This document shows positions 23,601 to 32,615 of a stretch of DNA of 64,000 nt, in pieces. Origin of the DNA: Squalus acanthias (lineage: Eukaryota); contig CM059431.1 in the NCBI GenBank assembly GCA_030390025.1, positions 142,230,001-142,294,000 on the forward strand, in the 5' to 3' direction. The position numbers and the translations under genes were made by a program. The notes beneath the pieces are model-generated. The model worked only from the letters and a program-made list of their open reading frames with translations. It did not search any database and had not been told where the DNA came from. How positions within the stretch are numbered: position 1 is the stretch's first letter; each line of letters opens with the position of its first letter.

Positions 23601-26600
23601 TGTGCCCAGCGTGACTAGTGAGACCGTGCCCATCGTGACCAGTGAGACTGTGCTCATCTTGACCACTGAGACTGTGCCCATCGTAACCAGTGAGACTGTG
23701 CCCATCGTGACCAGTGAGACTGTGCCCATCGTGACCACTGAGACTGTGCCCATCGTGACTAGTGAGACCGTGCCCATCGTGACCAGTGAGACTGTGCTCA
23801 TCTTGACCACTGAGACGGTGCCCATCGTAACCAGTGAGACTGTGCCCATCGTGACCAGTGAGACTGTGCCCATCGTAACCAGTGAGACTGTGCCCATCGT
23901 GACCAGTAAAACTGTGCCCCTCGTGACCAGTGAGACTGTGCCCATCGTGACCAGTAAAACTGTACCCCTCGTGACCTATTGACACTGTCCCCATCGTGAC
24001 CAGTGAGACTTTGCCCATCGTGACAACTGAGAATGTGCCCATCGTGACCACTGAGACTGTGGCCATCGTGACCAGTGAGAATGTGCCCATCGTGACAAGT
24101 GAGACTTTGCCATCGTGACCACTGAGAATGTGCCCATCGTGACCACTGAGACTGTGGCCATCGTGACCAGTGAGTCTGTACCCATCGTGGCCAGTGAGAC
24201 TGTGCCCGTCGTGACCACTGAGACTGTGCCCATCGTGACCAGTGGGACTCTGCCCATCGTGAACAGTGAGACTCTGCCCATCGTGACCACTGAGACTGTG
24301 CCCATCGTGACCAGTGAGACTGTGCCCATCGTGAACAGTGAGACTGTGCCCATCGTGACCACTGAGACTGTACCCCTCGTGACCAGTGAGACTGTGCCCA
24401 TCGTGAGCAGTGCGAGTGTGCCCATCGTGACCAGTGAGACTGTGCCCATCGTGAACAGTGAGACTGTGCCCATCGTGAACAGTGAGACGGTGCCCATCGT
24501 GACCAGTGAGAATGTGACCATCGTGACCAGTGAGACTCTGCCCATCGTGACCAATGAGACGGTGCCTATCGTGACCAGTGAGAATGTGCCCATCGTGACC
24601 AATGAGACGGTGCCCATCGTGACCGGTGAGAATGTGCCCATCGTGACCAGTGAGACTGTGCCCATCGTGACCAGTGAGACTGTGCCCATCGCGACAAGTG
24701 AGACCGTGCCCATCGTGACCAGTGAGACTGTGCCCATCCTGACCAGTGAGACTCTGCCCATCGTGACCAGTGAGACTGCGCCCATCGTCATCAATGAGAT
24801 TGTGCCCATCGTGACCAGTAAAACTGTGCCCCTCGTGACCAGTGAGACTGTGCCCATCGTGACCAGTAAAACTGTGCCCCTCGTGACCAGTGAGACTGTC
24901 CCCATCGTGACCAGTGAGACTGTGCCCATCGTGACCAGTGAGACTGTGCCCATCGTGACCAGTAAAACTGTGCCCCTCGTGACCAGTGAGACTGTGCCCA
25001 TCGTGACTAGTAAAACTGTACCCCTCGTGACCATTGACACTGTCCCCATCGTGACCAGTGAGACTTTGCCCATCGTGACAACTGAGAATGTGCCCATCGT
25101 GACCACTGAGACTGTGGCCATCGTGACCAGTGAGAATGTGCCCATCGTGACAAGTGAGTATTTGCCCATCGTGACCACTGAGAATGTGCCCATCGTGACC
25201 ACTGAGACTGTGGCCATCGTGACCAGTGAGTCTGTACCCATCGTGGCCAGTGAGACTGTGCCCATCGTGACCAGTGGGATTCTGCCCATCGTGACCAGTG
25301 GGAATTTGCCCATCGTGAACAGTGACACTCTGCCCATCGTGACCAGTGAGACTGTGCCCATCGTGACCACTGAGACTGTGCCCATCGTGACCAGTGGGAC
25401 TCTGCCCATCGTGAACAGTGAGACTCTGCCATCGTGACCACTGAGACTGTGCCCATCGTGACCAGTGAGACTGTGCCCATCGTGAACAGTGAGACTGTGC
25501 CCATCGTGACCACTGAGACTGTACCCCTCGTGACCAGTGAGACTGTGCCCATCGTGAGCAGTGCGAGTGTGCCCATCGTGACCAGTGAGACTGTGCCCAT
25601 CGTGAACAGTGAGACTGTGCCGATCGTGAACAGTGAGACTGTGCCCATCGTGACCAGTGAGAACGTGACCATCGTGACCAGTGAGACTCTGCCCATCGTG
25701 ACCAATGAGACGGTGCCCATCGTGACCAGTGAGAATGTACCCATCGTGACCAATGAGACGGTGCCCATCGTGACCGGTGAGAATGTGCCCATCGTGACCG
25801 GTGAGACTGTGCCCATCGTGAGCAGTGCGAGTGTGCCCAGACTGACCAGTGAGACTGTACCTATCATGAGCAGTGCGAGTGTGCCCAGCTTGTCCAGTGC
25901 GAATGTGCCTCCGTCTTCTAACAAGGTAAAGGCCCCATCATCGACCGAAAACAACAATGTGTTTCCACCCTCCCTGACAGGTAGAACCATGCAACAGTCA
26001 TCAGCTGTCACTATGAGACCAATGCTGCTTCCGGCTTTACATTCAGCATTGACATTAACTTTTGCAGTGTCTAAAAAATCCCAGGTCAGTGCTAGAGTCC
26101 GTTCATCATCTATAAAGCAGACTACTCCATCCCAGGTGAATACAGCACCATCGACCTCTATAAATCAGACTACACCATCCCAGGTCAATACATCACCATC
26201 ATCGTCTATAAAACAGACTACACCATCCCAGGTCAATACAGCGCCATCATCATCTATAAATCAGACTCCACCATCCCAGGTCAATACAACACCATCATCA
26301 TCTATAAATGAGACTCCACCATCCCAGGTCAATACAGCACTATCATCATCTATAAAGCAGACTACTCCATCCCAGGTGAATACAGCACCATCGACCTCTA
26401 TAAATCAGACTACACCATCCCAGGTCAATACATCACCATCATCGTCTATAAAGCAGACTACACCATCCCAGGTCAATACAGCACCATCATCATCTATAAA
26501 TCAGACTACACCATCCCAGGTCAATACAGCACCACCATCATCATCTATAAATCAGACTACAATATCCGAGGTCAATACAGCACCATCATCATCTATTAAT

Positions 26601-26753
26601 CAGACTACACCATCCCAGGTCAATACAGCATCATCATCATCATCATCTATAAATCAGACTACAACATCCGAGGTCAATACAGCACCATCATCATCTATTA
26701 ATCAGACTACACCATCCCAGGCCAGTACAGCACCATCATCATCTATTAATTAG
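9346..26753 (+). CDS. 7-exon gene: intrinsic factor/transcobalamin-family alpha domain fused to a long mucin-like PTS region (~314 aa + ~1330 aa if three 1-nt indels in the repeat exon are corrected)
   Basis: Exons 9346-9415, 10522-10704, 12634-12804, 17715-17870, 19312-19487, 21336-21522, 22754-26753. All introns are GT-AG, with phases 1,1,1,1,0,1 matching on both sides. Motifs SSC, SLAILALCQ, DTMATAALSLRC, GTIGSLSSTGLAMQAL and MSQVAIALGGKSYLDV..ITC parallel human intrinsic factor (SLAILALCQ, DTGAMATLALTC, GIIGDIYSTGLAMQAL, SIAQILPSLKGKTYLDV..VTC). Orthology among CBLIF, TCN1 and TCN2 is unresolved. Confidence 0.85.
9497..10380 (-). mobile_element. CR1 3' fragment in intron 1
   Basis: LERVQRIFTRM, LGLFSLEQR, CVQFW on the minus strand; (atagaatc)n tail. 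Confidence 0.88.
10522..10704 (+). CDS. IF/TC-like exon 2 (APDNQQKSLL...PDPGAFIALRLGSEHDLQSEQ...)
   Basis: ttccag acceptor and G|gtaagg donor; PDPGAFIALRL resembles the family NPS.LIA(M/L).L motif. Confidence 0.88.
11385..11710. repeat. Degenerate (TG)n followed by GA-rich simple repeat
   Basis: Directly visible. Confidence 0.9.
12634..12804 (+). CDS. IF/TC-like exon 3 (EHFPIDQLVLFILAFRSSCRNS...)
   Basis: ccgccag acceptor, open frame, G|gtaagt donor; matches family GQL.L.I.AL.SSC.DP; not in the ORF track. Confidence 0.88.
12885..15540 (+). repeat. Minisatellite, 43-bp unit CACACTCACATCTCAGTCTGTACCTCTCTCCATAACCTCCAAT, about 60 copies, in intron 3
   Basis: Directly visible; accagg and acctcc variants. 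Confidence 0.95.
16149..17296 (-). mobile_element. Vingi/Ingi-like LINE 3' fragment, itself interrupted by a CR1
   Basis: Minus-strand peptide SAAD*CSPAW...DVQLNSTMRIITSTLLSTPTPWLPVLANITPPHL; tail ccatacgaaagaagaag. Confidence 0.7.
16250..16722 (+). mobile_element. CR1 3' fragment nested in the Vingi-like element
   Basis: YSLEFRRMRDDLIET, ESRTRGHSLKIRG; tail cctatttcttatgttcttat. Confidence 0.9.
17715..17870 (+). CDS. IF/TC-like exon 4 (AFTEASLAILALCQEE...)
   Basis: tttacag acceptor and G|gtatgt donor; SLAILALCQ identical to intrinsic factor. Confidence 0.9.
17915..18832 (+). repeat. Minisatellite, ~61-bp unit ATCCATTTGATGGAGTTTTGAAAGAGGTTACCTGGGTTCACAGGTTACGGTCGGTGAAGAT, about 15 copies, in intron 4
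   Basis: Directly visible. Confidence 0.95.
18945..19270 (-). mobile_element. CR1 3' end
   Basis: FFTQRVVIIWNALPE on the minus strand; catagaatcat tail. Confidence 0.8.
19312..19487 (+). CDS. IF/TC-like exon 5 (DTMATAALSLRCL...DGTIGSLSSTGLAMQ)
   Basis: ttgtag acceptor and CAG|gtattg donor; contains the DT..A.L.L.C and STGLAMQ family signatures. Confidence 0.92.
20060..21160 (-). mobile_element. Two adjacent CR1 3' fragments
   Basis: LERMQRRFT, LDLFSLEQRRLRDDL; second tail at ~20432. Confidence 0.82.
21336..21522 (+). CDS. IF/TC-like exon 6 (ALDEN...YNC...MSQVAIALGGKSYLDVNKITC)
   Basis: ctccag acceptor in phase 0 and G|gtaagg donor; end of the alpha domain. Confidence 0.92.
21562..21740. 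mobile_element. Palindromic MITE-like element
   Basis: Perfect 12-bp terminal inverted repeat GGTGAAATTCGA...TCGAATTTCACC; central ccattgacttcaa. Confidence 0.7.
22754..26753 (+). CDS. Exon 7: giant mucin-like Ser/Thr/Pro exon with (VTSETVPI)n and (SSSINQTTPSQVNTAP)n; contains three 1-nt indels
   Basis: Polypyrimidine tract plus cacag acceptor ending at 22753, in phase 1 with exon 6. ORFs 22726-23982, 24115-25437 and 25434-26753 join after correcting +1 at 23977, -1 near 24110 and -1 near 25430. Stop TAG at 26751-26753. Confidence 0.75.
23140..25860 (+). repeat. Coding tandem repeat, 24-bp unit GTGACCAGTGAGACTGTGCCCATC (VTSETVPI), roughly 110 copies
   Basis: Directly visible in the sequence and in the ORF translations. 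Confidence 0.95.
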
Positions 26754-26760
26754 GCTACAC
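26100..26760 (+). repeat. Coding tandem repeat, ~48-bp unit (SSSINQTTPSQVNTAP), about 13 copies
   Basis: Visible in ORF 25434-26753. Confidence 0.9.
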
Positions 26761-26979
26761 TATCCCAGTTCAGAATAGTACCACTCTCATCCACTAATCA
26801 GTCTACAGCACTCCAGATCAGTATTACAGCACGTTCATCATCTCTAAGTCAGGCTACATCATTCACAGGCCAGTAGAGAAGCAGCTTCATCATCTATTGA
26901 TTCGGATACATCTTCTCTCAATTTCAATAGCACCTCACTATATTTCAGCATAGATTCTTCTTCCCTGATGAGAAGAATA

Positions 26980-27735
26980 GCACCTTCACCATCTTCTAAA
27001 TCAGATACATCTTCTCTGGTCAGTTCAATAACACCTTTACCATCTACTAAATAAGATACACCTTCTCTGGTCAGTACAATAACACCTTCACTATCTACTA
27101 AATTAGATACATCTTCTCTGGTCAGTACAATACCACCCTCACCATCTACTAAATCAGAAACATCTTCTCTGGTCAGTACAATAACACCTTTACCTCTACT
27201 AAATCAGATACATCTTCTCTGGTCCGTACAGTAGCACCTTCACCATCTACTACATGAGATACATCTTCTCTGGTCAGTACAATAACACCCTCACCATCTA
27301 CTAAATCAGATACATCTACTCTGGTCAGTACAATAGCACCTTCACCATCTACTAAATCAGATACATCTTCACTGGTCAGTATAATAACACCCTCACCATC
27401 TACTAAATCAGATACATCTTCTCTGGTCAGTACAATAACACCCTCACCATCTACTAAATCAGATACATCTTCTCTGGTCAGTACAATAGCACCTTCACCA
27501 TCTACTAAATCAGATACATCTTCTCTGGTCAGTACAATAACAGCCACAATATCTACTAAATCAGATACATCTTCTCTGGTCGGTACAAAAGCAGTTTCAC
27601 CATCTACTAAATTAGATACATCTTCTGTGGTCAGTACAATAACAATCTCACCTTCTACTAAATTAGATACATCTTCTCTGGTCAGTACAATAACAATCTC
27701 ACCATCTACTAAATCAGATACATCATCTCTGGTCA
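26980..27735 (+). repeat. 51-bp tandem repeat (PSPSTKSDTSSLVSTIT-like), about 14-15 copies, degenerate, downstream of the stop
   Basis: Unit length is a multiple of 3; Ser/Thr-rich frame broken by TAA (~27052), TGA (~27255) and a frameshift. Confidence 0.85.
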
Positions 27736-27933
27736 TATCAACCTGCGTAGCGTCATTAGTGATACCAATAACTGTTACAGAAGAATCAATTCCCCAAGTA
27801 TTTAGGTTTAATATGCCATTACCTTTTACACATTTTACAAGTGCATCATTGCTACCAAATTGACACAATACCCTGAATGGATTGGGCGTTTTCGGATTTT
27901 CAGAGTCTGATTTATACGTCGATAGGTATTTGA

Positions 27934-28010
27934 AATAAACTATTAGTTTCTCCTTATATAACCAAAGTTTCAGTTTTGAAATACAACATGATAAACTATA
28001 TTAAAATAAA
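27934..28010 (+). promoter_or_regulatory. Candidate polyadenylation signals (AATAAA at 27934 and 28005) for the IF/TC-mucin gene
   Basis: Hexamers just 3' of the last repeat block, but in AT-rich DNA where chance matches are common. Confidence 0.35.
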
Positions 28011-28229
28011 ATATCACCGTTTAACGATGGCGTGCATTGTCTTCTTGGCAGTAAAAGAAATGTAATTCAGTAGATTATTTGCCATTTTTTTAGAATGGGT
28101 TTCTAAATAATTAATGTTGCAATAGGAAGACAAAAAAGAAAAAAAAATCTATTGCTATAATTGTGAAGTTAAACCAGAATTGCTACAAACATTCAGCATC
28201 TGTGGATACACAGACACAACAACAATAAC

Positions 28230-28790
28230 AAATAGGAATGTAAGCAGCGACTTTAATGTAATGAAACGTCCAAGGAATCCACAGGATCGTCATCAGACCA
28301 GAATTTAACACCAAGACACATAATGAGATAATAGGACAGATGATCAAAAGCTTGGTCAAATAGGTAGGTTTTAAGGAGTGTTTTAAAGACGGAAACAGAG
28401 AATTAGAGAGGGGAGAGGTTTAGGGAGGGAATTCCAGATCTTAGAACCGCGGCAGCTGAAGGCACGAATGCCAATGGTGGAGCGACTGGAATCAGGGATG
28501 CATAAGAGGCCAGAATTGGTCGAGTGCAGAGGTCTCGGAGAGTTGTAGGACTAGAGGAGGTAACTGAGATAGGGAAGGGCGAGGCCATGGAGGCATTTGA
28601 AAAAAATTGTTGAGAATTTTAAAATCGATGTGTTGCCTGACCGGGAGCCAATATAGGTGAGCGAGCACAGGGGTGATGAGCGAACGGGACTTGGCGCGAG
28701 TTAGGTTACGGATAACAGAGTTTTGGATGAACTCAAGTTCACGGAGATTGCAAGATGGGATGTTGGCCAGGAGAGCATTGAAAAGGCACG
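28230..28790 (-). mobile_element. L2-type LINE 3' fragment
   Basis: LEFIQNS...ITPVLAHLYWLPVRQHIDFKIL on the minus strand. Confidence 0.85.
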
Positions 28791-28932
28791 TTAATACTTC
28801 AATGCTGAGCCTCAGACAACATTTCAATTTGCTTCCAGGGAGAATTTGAAGCTGAGCAACACATGGGAGTCCGAGAGACTGAGCAGTGGACTGTGTTCAT
28901 TGATCAGTTCGCTGTTCATCTGGTTTAGTGAC

Positions 28933-29345
28933 ATAGAGTTATATAGAGCTTATAGCACAAAAAGAACCCACTCGGCCTAACTGGCCGGTGTCGGTATTTA
29001 TGCTCCAGACGAGCCTCTTCCAACCCCTCTTCATTTAATACTACCAGCATATCCTTTTATTCTTTCTGTCTCTTGTGCTTATACAGCTTCCCCTAAAATG
29101 CAAGCATACTAATTGCCTCAAATACTCAATATTATAGCAAGTTCCACATTCTAACCAAACTCTGGGTACATAAATTGCTCCTGAATTCCCTATTGGATTT
29201 ATTTGTGACTATCTTATTTTGATGGCTCCTGGTTATGGACTATCCGATAAGTGAAAACATTTTCTCTCCATCTACTCTATCGAACCTTTCACAATCTTAA
29301 AGACTCTTATCAGGTCACCCCTCGGCCTTCTCTATTCTGGAGAAA
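28933..29345 (-). mobile_element. CR1 3' fragment
   Basis: catagagttatatag tail; aggtcacccct (reverse of RGDL). Confidence 0.7.
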
Positions 29346-31217
29346 GCCTTGGGCAGTACAGACATCAAACTCTGTGAAGATCCGGAAAGTAGTTGGACTG
29401 TCCTCTCCTGATGGTGCTGCGCTCCACACTGCTATAACTTGCCATGCTAGTTGAATGCGATTCTGTAATTGTAGTAACGTTGCATCAAGAGCAATTTCAA
29501 AATTGTTAGATATACATTACAACTATTCTCAAGTCACATTAATGCTTTAGAATATAATGCAGTATATGGATTTCTGCTGGTCGTTACTGACATTATAAAC
29601 ACGGAGGGAGGAATTTCTAAATTCCCTGATTCAAGCAATACGAATAAAAACGTTTTGAAAGCAGGCTTTCATGATTTTATTAGTAATAGCAATCAGAGGA
29701 AACTATCCTACCACGTGCACGATGATGCTAACATGTAAGATAAAGGAAATATAATTTCATACATTTTTATCTCAGTTATTTATTCTGTCCACATGCTTTA
29801 AAAAAGTAATGCGGAAAAATAAAGCCCATTTCTGTCGATTGATGGATTGTTTCCATTGAGTAATTATTCTCCAATTGTTCTTAACATGACAGTTTGGACT
29901 TGTTAGCAAGGTCAAGTTAGCTGGCGAGGGTGTTGATTCATTAATATTTCACTGCTGAATGGGACAAGGCTGAGGGATGTTCCCACCCACCATTATTCAA
30001 ACGCATAAGGGTGTGAATCTAATCAAGGCCGCTTACACTTTTCTGATAATAATTATATATCGATGTCAAGGAAGTACTCGGGAGGTTAGCGTTGAATAGG
30101 ATCCCTAAATTTTTTAAAAGTCGACTTAAAAGTGAAAAATATGAAGCATTTGAATTGTGAGCTCATGAATTTGATTCTTTCTGAGTCATCGCCAGTAATC
30201 ATGGATGACTAGTCAAGGAGCACATGCATCAGAGAGAAGGTAAAAATGTCCCTACTCTGCCTGAACTTTACATACAATACCTCAACATCATGTTAGTATC
30301 CCGGTTGCAGTGAAGGTGATCAAGGTGGTTACTTTACGAAGGAATTATTAGCCGAGTAAATATTTAGGGCCATCTAGTTCGCCTTCTACCATCCTGGGAT
30401 TCACACGATACCGCGATAATGGAGTTGTTGACTGGTAATTGCAATCGATCTTTATTAATTAGTCTACAACAGACCCAGACATGAGGTGAGGAAAACGCTC
30501 AGTGGTAGAGAGCTTTGGGTATCATAGGTTCAAAATTTTACCTGTTTCTCCCAAGCATGCTGCACCTACCACATATCATGTCTAAAATTACCCATATACT
30601 CTATCCCAAAGTTTGATATTAAGAAAGAAATCTATCTAATTTTATGCAATATATCAATACTAATTACTCCCTCCATCTCCCTCGGGAGCCTGTTGAATAG
30701 ATTAACCACTCGCTCACTGAAATGTTGATTAGGTAGATTAGTTTTGAATTTAACCCCTTCAAGTGCAGGTGATATCCTCTAGCTCTACTGCCTTGCACAA
30801 GGTGAACTGGTTTGTCATGGTCAACTTTATCTAGTCCCATTAGGACCCTAAAAGTGTAGGCTTCGCAAAATCCCCCAGAAACTCGAACAGAGCCCTAAAG
30901 GGAGTGATTTTTGGACTTTTCATACAAACTTGGGATGATGGGGCCTAAGTGAAGTGATTTGATGTAAAAACCTAAAGATCAGGGAAGAAGAACCTGAGGA
31001 AACCCATTATTTCTTCCTTTTTGCTCCATCCTACCATCTGGTTACTGTTAGGGGGCTTGTACATCACTCCCACAAGTGACTTCTTACCTTCATTATTTCT
31101 CATCTCTACCCAATCCGCTTCTACATCCTGGTTTCCTGAACTTAGGTTATCCCTCTCTGTTGTGCTAAATAATTAACAGAGCCACCCCTCCAACTTTTCC
31201 CAACTTCCTGTCCTTCC

Positions 31218-32190
31218 TAATGTTAGAGTTGATCCACTGGCAGTAATGTTGGAGTTGAGTCACTAGCAGTAATGTTAGAGTAGAGTCATTAGCTGTAATG
31301 TTATATTTGGTACACCACGAATAATGTTAGAGTGGGGTCATCCCCAGTAATGTCCGAGTAGGATACACGATCAGTGATGAAAGAATAGGGTCACCTCCAG
31401 CAATTTTAGAGCAGGCTCATCAACAGTAATGTTAGTGTATAGTCGCCACCATAAAGATTAGCATAGTGTCTACACCAGTAATGTTAGATTAGGATCACCA
31501 CCAGTAATGTTAAAATAGGGTTACCACCAGTAATGTTAGAGTACAGTCACCACCAGTTATGTTAGAGAAGGGTCACCACCAATAATGCTGGACTAGGGTC
31601 ACAATCAGTAAGGTTAGATTAAGTTTGCCTCCAGTAATGTTAGAGTAGGGTCACCAACCAGTAATGTTGGAGTAGAATAGCACCGGTAATGTTAGAATAG
31701 GGTCACAATGAGTAATGTTAGATCATGTTCACAACCAGTAACGTTACAGTAGATTCTTCAGCAATATTGTTAGATTAGCGTCCCCAGCAGTAACGGTAGA
31801 GTAGGATCCCCAGCAGTAATGTTAGAGTAGAGTCACCAGCAGTAATGTCAGAGCAGGAACACCACCAGTAATTTTAGACACCACCAGTAATGTTAGATTC
31901 GGTATCCACCACTAATGTGTGAATATATTCAAAACCATTGATGTTAGTGTACAGTCACCACTTTCTTAATGTTAGGTTAGAGTAGTTTCACTACCAATAA
32001 TGTTAGAGTAGAGTCACCACCTTTAATGTTAGAGTAGGTTCACCACCAGTAATGTTAAATTAGGTTCACCAGCAGTAATGTTAGAGTGAGTCACCACCTG
32101 TAACGTTAGATTTGATTCACCACCATGCATGTTAGAATATGTTCATTAGTCTTAATGTTAGTGTAGGATCTTCGCCGGTAACGTTAGAAC
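31218..32190 (+). repeat. Degenerate minisatellite, ~26-bp unit AGTAATGTTAGAGTAGGGTCACCACC, over 30 copies
   Basis: Directly visible; ends ~430 bp upstream of the GPCR ATG. Confidence 0.9.
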
Positions 32191-32615
32191 CGAGTCCTTA
32201 GTGGTTATCATTTCAATACATAACAAATTTAAATTATGCAATGTATGAGTGCAGGTTTCATCGAATTAATATGAGGCTCCAAGATCCTAACGCAGTGTCC
32301 GGGAGGGCTGTTCCCTTGAGCGTTTACGGGACATGCGCAGCGCACATTCCCTCTGGGATTATTTTCCGTTCATTGATTTTAATGGACGGAATTTCATGGA
32401 CTGAGCTGTTCAATTTCCCCAGTGGCGGCCCGGGCGCCCCGAAGGGGAAAATCGCCTGTTGTTTGTTAAGTGACTGTAACTAACGCCAATTATAGGGTAA
32501 CCTGATTTTTTCTCCGGGGCAGCGATTGTTCTATAAAGATGGGTGAATTTCCGGATCTCCGTTAAACTCCCGTCGGTGCCGTAAAGCTGCACAGAATTCG
32601 CAGATTCTTCCGAAA

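Noticed and set aside
23014..26011. Long minus-strand ORFs (VTMGTVSL and GHDGHSLT repeats)
   Set aside because: Shadows of the stop-free 24-bp repeat; only the + strand frame has a phase-matched splice link to a real gene
27173..27868. 231-aa minus-strand ORF (TREDVSDLVDGEG repeats)
   Set aside because: Antisense reading of the 51-bp array, with no independent gene signals
28839..28932. Possible exon 8 (ttccag acceptor phase-compatible with a donor near 27925; ENLKLSNTWESERLSSGLCSL) as a beta-domain remnant
   Set aside because: No convincing similarity to beta-domain motifs, and it lies behind several stop codons
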